A stretch of 42,699 nt of DNA from Candidatus Woesearchaeota archaeon. GTDB lineage: Archaea > Nanobdellota > Nanobdellia > SCGC-AAA011-G17 > ARS1403. The position numbers and the translations under genes are program-made. The stretch is from the NCBI GenBank assembly GCA_016181275.1, contig JACOZQ010000029.1, positions 696 through 43,394 on the forward strand, given 5' to 3'. Under the pieces are notes generated by a model. It searched no databases. It was given only the letters and a program-made list of their open reading frames with translations, and was not told where the DNA came from. Positions within the stretch are counted from its first letter, which is position 1. Each line of letters opens with the position of its first letter. This document shows positions 27,031 to 36,064 of the stretch, one piece after another.

Positions 27031-27304
27031 TTAATAATCCTCCAATTTCATTCTTTCATAAAATATTACCCACCTTTCTTTTTTCAATGATGCTATTTCC
27101 TGCCTGTTTTGATTGAGCTCTTTTTCATACTCTCTTCTTTCTTCACAGACATTTTTCCTATTCTTTCCATTGCAGAAATTGTGAAATCTGTTAGAGCATC
27201 AAGCCTTTGATTAATTTCTTCAGTTCTCATTTCTATTTTCCTTATTTCTTCTGAACCAGATTTTCTCCTGAATTAAAATTTCCTAAAGCATTATCTATTA
27301 TCAT
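27031..27304 (-). CDS. Tagged protein B (about 91 aa, coiled-coil), interrupted by two single-base frameshifts
   Basis: Starts MIIDNALGNF. Adding one A at each of two A-runs (about 27261-27264 and 27152-27156) gives one ORF ending ...ERMKLEDY* 1 bp before the MoxR ATG. Confidence 0.6.
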
Positions 27305-27306
27305 TT

Positions 27307-28071
27307 TTATTCCCGAAAAAACTTAAATAATTTATTTCTAAATCTTCCTGGAGAGATATCCTTAAGACCCTTTGGACCATGATAATATATATGATACTTT
27401 ATTCTTGTTTTGCCTATAGCATATCTTTCTAATTGATACAATCTCTGTATAACTTGCTTAGCTACAAATGAACCAGCACCTAAATTCTTATTTATTAATT
27501 CAAAATTTGAAACTAAAGCTCTTTCTAAAAGGATAACGCCCAATAAATCTGTTGTGTTATATAATTCAACTAATGTCTCATTTGCAATTTTTACTCTTGT
27601 TAGCAATTGCTGATTACTTGGAGCATTACTTGGCAGTGTCTTGGCTTCTTCATTTATCTTGGCTAATGGATCCTCAATTATTCCTAACAGTTCTTTAGAT
27701 AGTGCATCTGGAATCTTAACACCAGCAGCAGACCTATCACCTGTTAATTCTGGTGTTAAAACTCCTTCAAAATATTTATTCCATCTATCCAATTCAGAAT
27801 TTATACTATCAAGACCACCTCTTAATCTTAAATAAAAAGTTGCATATGGCCAAAAACTATCTAATACAACCTTGAGATCTGAAGTATCTATCTTATATCT
27901 TCGATCATCTTCCAAAAATGCTCTTGCTTTTAAAAACCTGTCATGCAAGTCTCCAATTTTTTCAGCTGGAAGTAAATTAGGAGGTTCTATAATCCTTGTT
28001 CTTTCTGCTTGTTTCTCTTCTTTCATTTCTTTTGAAAATTCTATATTCCCTAAAGCGTCATCAATCGGCAT
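27307..28071 (-). CDS. MPIDDALG-tagged protein A (254 aa)
   Basis: Starts MPIDDALGNIE at 28071, overlapping the end of the vWA gene, with GGAGG upstream. Confidence 0.8.
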   Translation of the reverse strand: MPIDDALGNIEFSKEMKEEKQAERTRIIEPPNLLPAEKIGDLHDRFLKARAFLEDDRRYKIDTSDLKVVLDSFWPYATFYLRLRGGLDSINSELDRWNKYFEGVLTPELTGDRSAAGVKIPDALSKELLGIIEDPLAKINEEAKTLPSNAPSNQQLLTRVKIANETLVELYNTTDLLGVILLERALVSNFELINKNLGAGSFVAKQVIQRLYQLERYAIGKTRIKYHIYYHGPKGLKDISPGRFRNKLFKFFRE

Positions 28072-30121
28072 CTTCTTCCTCCTGAGCTGAGTCATATCTT
28101 CTTTTTACCTGGCCGATAACAATCCCTACTAAGTCTTCTATCTTTTTGGCTTTATGAACAACTGCTCCTCTTTCTTCAATACATTCTGCAAATTTCCTGC
28201 CTGTTGATGGATTTAATTTTACAACAAAAACATCATCATATTCTGAGATGCCTTTTGCAAATGCATCACATGCTTCTTGCCAATTACTAATATCACAGTC
28301 AGACATAAGGCATGTTTGCAGAGGGTTGGTTGTTTTCTTGATTATTTCTTCTACTTCTTTAACAGGAACTACTGTTCCTCCGCTGTAATTTGTCATAACT
28401 GCCATTTCAACTTTGTTTATATCATCTGTATAATCCTGCACAGTTATATTATCTTCGCCTGAAAAATTTATTGCTGCAACTTTCCCGCCATTTTCAATTG
28501 CATACAAGGCAGCTCCCTCAGCAGCCAATATTGCCTTATCAAAATCTCCTCTTGCTTCTGGATTATCTGCCCATTTATCCCAGCCCATACTTCCAGATGA
28601 GTCTATGGAAATAAATAAGTCAGGAATTCTTTTTAATCTTCCAACGCCTTCAGATACTTCTGCTTTTCTTTTATAAGTAGTCAGCCCAGGAATTGGTTTT
28701 CCTGAAGCCATTATTGAAGGGATTATTTCCAATCCTCCTTTTCCTATTATTGGATCTCCAACATTCCATGCTGTCTGATATGAGGGTGCTTTCTCTGCTC
28801 TTTGATTATCAGCTTCTTTCATAGATATCAAAAGCTCTTTTGCCCTTGCCCTGTACATTAATCTCAATGCATCATCTGGCTCTAATTTATGCAATACTCC
28901 CATTGTGCCTGCAAATTTTCCAGGTGATCTCTCATTTCTATGATAAACCTCATCTAATGCGTTTTCATCTATATTCGCAGCTTCATCATCATCGCTGTTT
29001 TCATGATTATCATTTTTATTATTCTTGCCACTTTTTCCTTTTCCATCTTTTCCTTTATCCCTGGAAACTTTTTCTCCGCCTTCTTGCTCTCCTAGCGGGC
29101 TTTTTGTAGGCTCACCCATTTGTGATTTGACGTCATCAGGAATTGGCATTCCATCATTCTGCTCGCCGCCTTGCTGTTGATTTTTTCCCTGTCCGCTTTT
29201 TCCCTGTCCGTTCCTGCCATATCTGCTATTACCTCTTTGGTTTTTTGTATCTTGAGCAGTTTGCTTTATTATTGGTTCAAGGATTGTGGCGAATTTTCTT
29301 ATTTTAGCTTCCCATGTAGTTCTGTCTTTCCAATCACTTCCTAATATATCAACTAATCCTTGAGCTACTTTTTCAGCATTATTGTCTTTTTTCTGGACAT
29401 GGTCTTTTAACCCTAAATCTTCATTCCATAATTTTTCATAAGCAGATACTAATGTCCGCCATAATAATGACGGCGCTTGCTGAGTTTTTCTTGCGTCTTT
29501 AACTGTTTCTTTCTGTCTCCATAAAGTTAAATCTCCGAAATCATCTCTTCCGTATTTTTCTTTAGCTAGGAAAGTATCTCCAATTAAATCACCCATGATG
29601 TTCAAAACTAAATATGCATAATCTGAAGCAAGTTTTTTATTCTGCACAATATTTTGATCTTTAAATCCTTTTAATGCTGAATCTACTAAAATTGCTTCTG
29701 TTACTCTATCCCCAGGAACCTTTGTAAAATGAGTTGTTTCATGCTGGAATATACTCCTAGAATATTGCCTATTTTCTACTCCTGGAGATGCTCTTTCTGC
29801 TGCTGCAACATACTTATCCAATGAAGCTGTGTACTCTAGATTATTTGGAACATCATCGCTGTTGAAATACGTTGTCCATGTCTTAGGCACTATATAAAAT
29901 CCTCTTGGAACAGCTACTCTAACATTTTTAGGCAGCTTATTTTTCTCCCTCGCTGTTTCAGCATTTACTATTTTAGGATCCGGCAAGTTAGAAACAAACA
30001 AGTCCCAGCATGACTGCCTGAATGACTGCAAGATTTCTTTTTCTGTCAAACCTGGCTGCGGGGTTACTTTTGATTGATTTCCTAAATCTTTGTTTCCTGT
30101 TAATTTATCTAAAAGACCCAT
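28061..30121 (-). CDS. HExxH metallopeptidase-like + vWA (MIDAS) domain protein
   Basis: QHETTH...LNIMGDLIGD, a long G/Q/N/K/D-rich linker, then ISIDSSGSM, AINFS, SGGT, LMSD. Confidence 0.88.
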   Translation of the reverse strand: MGLLDKLTGNKDLGNQSKVTPQPGLTEKEILQSFRQSCWDLFVSNLPDPKIVNAETAREKNKLPKNVRVAVPRGFYIVPKTWTTYFNSDDVPNNLEYTASLDKYVAAAERASPGVENRQYSRSIFQHETTHFTKVPGDRVTEAILVDSALKGFKDQNIVQNKKLASDYAYLVLNIMGDLIGDTFLAKEKYGRDDFGDLTLWRQKETVKDARKTQQAPSLLWRTLVSAYEKLWNEDLGLKDHVQKKDNNAEKVAQGLVDILGSDWKDRTTWEAKIRKFATILEPIIKQTAQDTKNQRGNSRYGRNGQGKSGQGKNQQQGGEQNDGMPIPDDVKSQMGEPTKSPLGEQEGGEKVSRDKGKDGKGKSGKNNKNDNHENSDDDEAANIDENALDEVYHRNERSPGKFAGTMGVLHKLEPDDALRLMYRARAKELLISMKEADNQRAEKAPSYQTAWNVGDPIIGKGGLEIIPSIMASGKPIPGLTTYKRKAEVSEGVGRLKRIPDLFISIDSSGSMGWDKWADNPEARGDFDKAILAAEGAALYAIENGGKVAAINFSGEDNITVQDYTDDINKVEMAVMTNYSGGTVVPVKEVEEIIKKTTNPLQTCLMSDCDISNWQEACDAFAKGISEYDDVFVVKLNPSTGRKFAECIEERGAVVHKAKKIEDLVGIVIGQVKRRYDSAQEEEDAD

Positions 30122-30253
30122 TTATTTCTCCAAAAATTTTGATATAGCATATTCCACAATATGGCTTCTATTACGAAACATTCCTTTCTTTAATTCTCTC
30201 TCTATTTTCTCTACAATATTTCTCTCTACGCTTACGCTGATTTTATCTTTCAT
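30122..30253 (-). CDS. Ribbon-helix-helix (CopG-like) regulator, 43 aa
   Basis: Not in the ORF track: MKDKISVSVERNIVEKIERELKKGMFRNRSHIVEYAISKFLEK*. Alternating beta strand plus FRNRSHIV turn; the stop abuts the vWA ATG. Confidence 0.85.
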   Translation of the reverse strand: MKDKISVSVERNIVEKIERELKKGMFRNRSHIVEYAISKFLEK

Positions 30254-30290
30254 ATCTACTTTTTATATTACTTAGTAGGAAGGCTTCATA

Positions 30291-30308
30291 CCCTTTATAA
30301 ACCTTTTC
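30291..30308 (-). promoter_or_regulatory. BRE/TATA promoter of the RHH-vWA-MoxR operon
   Basis: Minus strand reads GAAAAGG-TTTATAAA, about 40 bp upstream of ATG 30253. Confidence 0.65.
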
Positions 30309-30335
30309 AATGTATTAACTTTAAAGTAGTATCAA

Positions 30336-30354
30336 TAGAAACCTTTATAAAGGG
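30336..30354 (+). promoter_or_regulatory. BRE/TATA promoter of the divergent hypothetical operon
   Basis: AGAAACC-TTTATAAA, about 23 bp upstream of ATG 30374 (leaderless spacing). Confidence 0.6.
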
Positions 30355-30373
30355 TTTTTCTATGATTATGATT

Positions 30374-30769
30374 ATGAACAAAGACAATGAAGTTCCAAGA
30401 AGTGTAGAGAGATTCATCAAAAGAGCTGAAGAAAGAATTGAATCCCTTAGAGAGAAATACGACGTCGAGAAAAACTGCAACTTTGATGACATTACAGGAA
30501 CATTATTCAGCCAGGTTCAAGGGTTTACACAAATTTTTAAATCCCGAGATGGAAATTCATGGAGAGACAAAAGAGATAGCATTGTTGCTCCTGCAGTTGC
30601 ATTGAATGGATATCTAAACGTGCTTGAAAGAAATCCTGAATTTGCAAGGGCAGAATTTGACAATAGGATTGGACCTTATTTTAGAGACATTAGGGATTTG
30701 TGGAATGAAGGAAAAGTTCAGCATTATCAATTAAAGTATGCACAAGAAACTTCAGAGAGATTAAAATGA
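30374..30769 (+). CDS. Hypothetical protein
   Basis: ORF 30362-30769; ATG 30374 fits the promoter spacing; ATGA overlap with the next gene. Confidence 0.6.
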   Translation: MNKDNEVPRSVERFIKRAEERIESLREKYDVEKNCNFDDITGTLFSQVQGFTQIFKSRDGNSWRDKRDSIVAPAVALNGYLNVLERNPEFARAEFDNRIGPYFRDIRDLWNEGKVQHYQLKYAQETSERLK

Positions 30770-31077
30770 AACAATATATACAAAAAATAAGAGAATTTTT
30801 AAGTGATTATAATAAAGTTAATGCTGAAATATTTGCAGAGAGTATTAGACAAAGAGCAAAAGGTTTAGAAAAAGCAGTAGATGATAATTGGTTTATTCCT
30901 TTTCTTAAAGGAGGAGAATTAACAGGAGTAGTTCTTACGGGTGTGGGTTATTTAACAGATAGTCCTTCTTTAACCGGATTTGGAATCGGAATTGCTTCAG
31001 TGGCTGGAATAGAGCATGTTGGTATAAGATATGCTTTACAAAGAAGAGATCAATTAAGAGAAGGTGAAAGAAAATGA
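30766..31077 (+). CDS. Hypothetical protein with Gly-rich hydrophobic hairpin
   Basis: GGELTGVVLTGVGY...GFGIGIASVAG; ATGA overlaps at both ends. Confidence 0.6.
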   Translation: MKQYIQKIREFLSDYNKVNAEIFAESIRQRAKGLEKAVDDNWFIPFLKGGELTGVVLTGVGYLTDSPSLTGFGIGIASVAGIEHVGIRYALQRRDQLREGERK

Positions 31078-31178
31078 AATGTTTAAAATGTGAATATGAA
31101 TGGACACCAAGAGTTGAAAATCCAAAAGAGTGCCCCGAATGCAAAATAAGATTGAGCAAATTTAATGGAGGAAATTAA
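31074..31178 (+). CDS. 34-aa zinc-ribbon microprotein
   Basis: Not in the ORF track: MKCLKCEYEWTPRVENPKECPECKIRLSKFNGGN*; AGGTGA SD and ATGA coupling. Confidence 0.75.
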   Translation: MKCLKCEYEWTPRVENPKECPECKIRLSKFNGGN

Positions 31179-31179
31179 A

Positions 31180-31875
31180 ATGCCAGAAGAAAATCAAAAT
31201 CAAAGAGAAATTCCAACTTTGGAAACCATTGTTGGAGAGATGAATAGAATAGCTAATTTGTCAAATATCTATAATCAATATGACTATGCCGAAAAGCCGA
31301 GCGAAAAAGGAGGATTATTGAGAGCAGCTGCAACAGTATTGAGCAGAGCAAGAGATGGAGCTGAGTTCAATGCTGTTTATAATCAGTTGGAAGGAGAAGG
31401 TTTTTCTGATAAAATAAAATCTTCAAGAGATGAAAGAATTAGGCTGATTAGCGAAACTTATGAAGCAAGAAAAGAAGAACTCTTGAATGAAATAGTTGAC
31501 AAATTAAACAAGGATTTGAGGGAAGCTAAGAATCTTAGAGAAGCTACGCAGAAAATAGGATATGCCTTTGCTCCATTAGTTTCAAGAATGACTCAAGAAG
31601 ATGCAAACAAGCAAATGACCCAATATTTAGAAAATAAGGCAATGATACCTGTTACTAAACCAGTTTATGCTGACAGGGATTCTTTGTATGGATTGAGAGT
31701 TGCTAGATACATCAGTGAGTTCATCAATGAATCTGGAGAAGGAGAAGAAAAATCTTACAGCATTAACAGAGAAAAATTAGCTGAGATTGTAGAAGATCCG
31801 GTTATTGGCTCAACACTATACTCAGCTGAAAAGCCAAGGGAAAGAGAGCAGCAAAATGAGCAGCAGTATGAATAA
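31180..31875 (+). CDS. Hypothetical acidic helical protein
   Basis: GGAGG upstream of ATG 31180; T-run after the stop. Confidence 0.65.
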   Translation: MPEENQNQREIPTLETIVGEMNRIANLSNIYNQYDYAEKPSEKGGLLRAAATVLSRARDGAEFNAVYNQLEGEGFSDKIKSSRDERIRLISETYEARKEELLNEIVDKLNKDLREAKNLREATQKIGYAFAPLVSRMTQEDANKQMTQYLENKAMIPVTKPVYADRDSLYGLRVARYISEFINESGEGEEKSYSINREKLAEIVEDPVIGSTLYSAEKPREREQQNEQQYE

Positions 31876-31920
31876 GCTGCTTAGCTTTCTTTTTTAAGGA
31901 AAAGATAAACGGAGAGATAA

Positions 31921-32655
31921 ATGCTAGATGAAATAAAAAATTCAAAGCCTGCAAGAGCTGTTAAAGCATTGGATCGGGAAGTATTGAGACAGTATAGCAA
32001 AGTAGCTAAGAGATGGGAAGATAAAGGAAGAGATATTTATCATTTAAGCTCTGCTGTTGGAATATCTTCATTAATTTTAATAGGCATTACTGGGAATAGA
32101 TTTTTTGATATTCTTGGGATATCAAGCGAAAATTTTAAATTCATGTATTTATTTCCAGCTTGTTGGGATAATGTAGATAATTTGCATGGATTGAGACGTA
32201 AAAGAAATGAAGAATTATCTGATTCTTCTACCAAAGCAATTTATCCTGCTGAAAGATTTTATACTACAGTAAATCGAGCAATAAGATTGCCCTGTTTTTT
32301 ATCTGGTATTGGAATGGTTGGTAAAACAGTATATGATGCTTATAATTATCTTCTCAATGGAGAACCTATTGCATTAGGTGAAGATTTTATTCTAGCTCAA
32401 ACTGGATTGGGCTTTATTGGGACTGCATCTTCAATGTATCTAAAAGATAGAGATCCAAAATTATTGCAAAAAGATCCTTTGTGGAAAAGAGCTTATGAGT
32501 CTGCTAAAAGCAAATATCATGAAACAAAAGAAAAAATCGGTGAGCTAGTTCCTAAACCAATTTTAGAACCTGCTCGAACAGTTCATATTATGTTTGGAGC
32601 GGGGATAAACAACCGGAATATTATCGGAAAGATATGCCGATATATGCTCCATTAG
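31921..32655 (+). CDS. Hypothetical membrane protein (C-terminus possibly chimeric)
   Basis: Several hydrophobic segments; the last ~25 codons overlap a better coding frame of the next gene. Confidence 0.55.
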   Translation: MLDEIKNSKPARAVKALDREVLRQYSKVAKRWEDKGRDIYHLSSAVGISSLILIGITGNRFFDILGISSENFKFMYLFPACWDNVDNLHGLRRKRNEELSDSSTKAIYPAERFYTTVNRAIRLPCFLSGIGMVGKTVYDAYNYLLNGEPIALGEDFILAQTGLGFIGTASSMYLKDRDPKLLQKDPLWKRAYESAKSKYHETKEKIGELVPKPILEPARTVHIMFGAGINNRNIIGKICRYMLH

Positions 32656-32917
32656 TTGGAGAATGGGTAAAAGTCTGCCAGAATTCTGGAAGAGTAACTA
32701 TTGGAATACTGGAATTAACTGAATTTGCTTCAAGCTATTTAAGACCAAGCATTGTTAATGAAGGATTAGCTAGTGAAGAAATTACAGGTTAGAAGAAAAT
32801 AAGCCTACTATTGTAAATAATTTCCAAGTTCTGGACATGCAGAGAGTTGAACAAAGCTACGTTGAAAAAATCCTCAATAGAAAAAATCATTTAAAAATGG
32901 AGATTTTAGGAGAATAA
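32634..32917 (+). pseudogene. Frameshifted small hypothetical gene (possibly Sm-like beta fold)
   Basis: MPIYAPLVGEWVKVCQNSGRVTIGILELTEFASSYLRPSIVNEGLASEE, frameshift near 32781, then YRLEENKPTIVNN...MEILGE*, ending 1 bp before the next ATG. Confidence 0.4.
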
Positions 32918-32918
32918 A

Positions 32919-33294
32919 ATGGCTAAAATATTTTATATTGATGATGATGAACTTATTAGAAACCTACTTGCAAGAACTTTTAGATCTAAACATTATGATT
33001 CTGAAGGATTTTCTAACTGTGAAGAGGCTTTATCAAGGCTTGAAGCTCTTGCAAGTAATCAAAGGCCTGATTTAGCTTGTTGATGCAGGGGGTGTTATGA
33101 AAGGTTATGAATTGTGTAGAGAAGTTAAGACAGGATATCCAGAAACAAAAGTCATCGGAACTAGCGGAGCTATTGGAGAAGAAAGAAGAGAATTTATTGG
33201 CCAATATCGAAAAGCTGGAGCTGATGCATTTATTGAAAAACCATTTGAGCTTAAAGATGTCTTGAGTAAGATTAAAGAACTTTTAGGAGAATAA
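32919..33294 (+). pseudogene. Stand-alone response-regulator receiver (CheY-like), frameshifted near 33075
   Basis: MAKIFYIDDDELIR...RPDL / LVDAGGVMKGYELCREVK...VIGTSG...AGADAFIEKPF. Confidence 0.8.
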
Positions 33295-33307
33295 TTTTTT
33301 TGTTTTT

Positions 33308-34084
33308 TTATTCAAATCTTTTAACCTGCTTCTTCATTTCATTCACAAATGATTCTGCTTTTTCTTTCAGCTCATCAATCTGTTTCCCGTGCAATGATTT
33401 TATATTTCCATGAGTTATGTTGTGAGCTACTAAATATACTTCCTTGAAATAAGCTGGATACTTTGCTGGTAATCTTGGAAGAACTTTTTTCAGCATATCA
33501 TAAACATGCTCTGGACTTGGAGGTGAATGACCAGCTGACATTAGAGCTGCATGAGCTGAATCAACCATTGCCCAATACAAACCTTCCATAGCTCCTAAAA
33601 TTGCAAACTTTGATCTTGACAAATGCATTGGAGCTCGCTGTAATGCTATATAAATTGCCTCTGCTGTCGGCCTTATCTTTCCTCTCCTTAATAAAACTTT
33701 TAATGGAGAAAACAAGCCGCCATAATCAATCAAAGGTTCTCCATATCTTAAAACATTTATTGCTACCGGATCTCCTTCTTTTATTTCCTTCCAAAATGTT
33801 GATAATGTAACTGTGTTAATGTGCAAATCTTTTTTATAATTCTGCTGGGAAATCAAACGAGCTAATTCTTCCCTATACCAAGCAATCAATTCTTCATCCC
33901 ATAATACTGTGCAGTCATCAACGATTATTATTATATCAATATCAGATTTCTTTGTTGCTGTGTGCTTTGCAGCTGACCCGAATAAAGCTATTGATTTTAC
34001 TATGTTCTGGAATTTCTTGTATGCTTTAATTGCAAAATCATATGCTATCTCTTCATCTGCTTGCAGTGTTTTTTTTGCTGGCAA
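33308..34084 (-). CDS. Nucleotidyltransferase (MNT) + HEPN-like fusion protein
   Basis: LFGSAAK...SDIDIIIIVDD; LYWAMVDSAHAALM; canonical HEPN RxxxxH absent (AHNITH). The start codon is TTG, so the start is uncertain. Confidence 0.8.
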   Translation of the reverse strand: MPAKKTLQADEEIAYDFAIKAYKKFQNIVKSIALFGSAAKHTATKKSDIDIIIIVDDCTVLWDEELIAWYREELARLISQQNYKKDLHINTVTLSTFWKEIKEGDPVAINVLRYGEPLIDYGGLFSPLKVLLRRGKIRPTAEAIYIALQRAPMHLSRSKFAILGAMEGLYWAMVDSAHAALMSAGHSPPSPEHVYDMLKKVLPRLPAKYPAYFKEVYLVAHNITHGNIKSLHGKQIDELKEKAESFVNEMKKQVKRFE

Positions 34085-34132
34085 TATTTCACCTCTTTGT
34101 TTTCATTATGAAATCTTTATTCTATATTAATC

Positions 34133-36064
34133 TTACTGCTCTTCTCCTTGAGACGACGCAAACCTTCCCCTTTCTGGAGACCCTGCCGAGCCACCTAACT
34201 CTCTTGGCAGCTGAGCAAATCCTGGAGCTCCGTATAAATCAAAATACTTTTGCGGCATTATTTCGCCAAAGCCTGCCATGTAATGACCATGAGTATCCCA
34301 AATTTCATCCCATCTTGGACCTACATCCTCTGTATACAAAGGGCTGTTTAAATTTGACAATGCATAAAGATGAGGCACTTCCTTGAAGTTTGCAACAAAC
34401 TCTCCAGCCTCGACAATGGATTTTATTTTCCCTTTCTGCTCATCGCTTAGAGATTCTTCAATTTCCTTTAATTGCTCTTTTATATTCACCGTGCCTTCTC
34501 CTGGAGGAAGATGAGAATCTTCAAACCCGAAATTATCTGTCAGATGAATATGGGTTACATGCTTTCCAATTTTGGCGGCTTCCTTTCTTATATCCTCGTC
34601 GGTGTAGCCGTGCTTTTTAAGCATGTAAATATGGCCGACATCCCAAGTTACTCCAATTATTTTGTCTGCTATTTTTTCAGCTTCTTTTTTGCTGAGATCT
34701 TTTTTCTTTATCAGCTCATCTACAAAATTCCCTTTTGCAAGCTCAACTGTTTCCTTTAATGAGTCTGCTCTTGATAATGCAAATTCCGGATAGACATTTT
34801 CCATTGATATAATTGGAGCATCTTTTCCATATTTGCCATAAGCATATAAAGCTGCTTCTGTAATTGAATTTGAAACTTTTTCCTTTGCAAAATCATCTGC
34901 GGATATCCATGTCTTTGGTGGAGGTAGATTCTGAATTACTCTTGTTATTGCATCTACCTGATCAAATTGGGCTTTAGTTAATTCTCTTCCTATCTGTCCC
35001 CTTTTTTCCTCATCTTTTGTTTTCCTATATTTTTCATAATATTCTTCGACTTCTTCTTCTTTATTTTTTATGCCTTCAAATAATCTTTTGAAGCCTTCAG
35101 TTTTTTCCAATTCAATTTTTTCACCAGCGCCATATTTCTTGAATCTGCTGTACATATCTTCTGTCAACGAACGTATATGGGTATAAATTTCTTCTTTATG
35201 TTTTTCTACCATCTCTTCTTCGCTTTTCAAAGTAGCCAGTTTCCGTTGCTCTTCTTCTGTAAGAAGATTTTTCTTTTCCCCCAATTCCAATTCTCTTAAC
35301 ATTGCTTCATTCCTTCTAAATCTGTCTTCAACTTCATTCATCTCTTTTTTCCACTGTATTATTTGCAGCTTTTCTCTATCCCATTCTGTCCTGTTCAGAT
35401 TATCCATTCTTCTCTCAGGTGTCCAAGCTTGCTTTTCTCCGGAAATATATTCTTTAATTTCATATCTTGTATTCTGCATCTGCCCTGTTTCTCTGTTTAC
35501 AATCATCATCTCAGATCTCTGGTCTGGCAATGTTTTTTCTCCTTCAGCTATTGTATAATCCTTGATTTTTCTTCCATCTTCTGTTTTTATTTCTTTAGAC
35601 CCATATAATCCTTCTTTCTGCCATTTTTGAGCTGGAAAGCCTCCTGCATGAACTGTAATCGGAATGTTTCCCTTAATATCCATTTGACGAGCTCGATCTA
35701 TTGAAGACTTTAATTTTTCAACCGACTCCTTCCTATTGAATTCGCTCCATCCTTGTTGTGAAAATCCTGCCAGATCCAAATCCTGAATCGGAGCATGCAA
35801 AGTTGCTTCAGCTCCTGTCAGCTTATTCATCCTGCGTATTTCATTGAAGTGCTCCAGTGGAACTTGATCTAATAGACGCTGATTCATTGCTCCTATCTCA
35901 ACTGCTTTTAATCCTTGATTCAATCTCGAAGTCAGCTCGCCGATCTGGTTTGGTGTTTGAGGAGATGCTGTTGCTCCAACTTTTCCAGCTGGGATTTTTT
36001 CTGCTGAGAAATAATATTTTGAATCCATAGATCCTGCATATTCCTTCTTGAAATTATCTGCCAT
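34133..36064 (-). CDS. Xylose-isomerase/AP-endonuclease-2-like TIM barrel protein with large coiled-coil insertion
   Basis: TLHAP, TVHAG, SMENV, TWDVGH, HIHLTDNFGFEDSHLPPGEG, IVE metal-ligand motifs; about 250-aa charged insert between the H and EN motifs. Confidence 0.8.
   Translation of the reverse strand: MADNFKKEYAGSMDSKYYFSAEKIPAGKVGATASPQTPNQIGELTSRLNQGLKAVEIGAMNQRLLDQVPLEHFNEIRRMNKLTGAEATLHAPIQDLDLAGFSQQGWSEFNRKESVEKLKSSIDRARQMDIKGNIPITVHAGGFPAQKWQKEGLYGSKEIKTEDGRKIKDYTIAEGEKTLPDQRSEMMIVNRETGQMQNTRYEIKEYISGEKQAWTPERRMDNLNRTEWDREKLQIIQWKKEMNEVEDRFRRNEAMLRELELGEKKNLLTEEEQRKLATLKSEEEMVEKHKEEIYTHIRSLTEDMYSRFKKYGAGEKIELEKTEGFKRLFEGIKNKEEEVEEYYEKYRKTKDEEKRGQIGRELTKAQFDQVDAITRVIQNLPPPKTWISADDFAKEKVSNSITEAALYAYGKYGKDAPIISMENVYPEFALSRADSLKETVELAKGNFVDELIKKKDLSKKEAEKIADKIIGVTWDVGHIYMLKKHGYTDEDIRKEAAKIGKHVTHIHLTDNFGFEDSHLPPGEGTVNIKEQLKEIEESLSDEQKGKIKSIVEAGEFVANFKEVPHLYALSNLNSPLYTEDVGPRWDEIWDTHGHYMAGFGEIMPQKYFDLYGAPGFAQLPRELGGSAGSPERGRFASSQGEEQ

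Noticed and set aside
24786-28071. Repeated ~20-30 bp sequences at about 24786, 25493, 27280 and 28051 as CRISPR repeats or recombination sites
   Set aside because: Spacing is gene-sized and irregular, differences are mostly synonymous, and no cas or recombinase gene is present; they are coding repeats of the N-terminal tag.
12871-34084. Classical MNT-HEPN toxin-antitoxin modules
   Set aside because: Both proteins are fusions lacking the HEPN RxxxxH catalytic motif and have no adjacent separate toxin gene.
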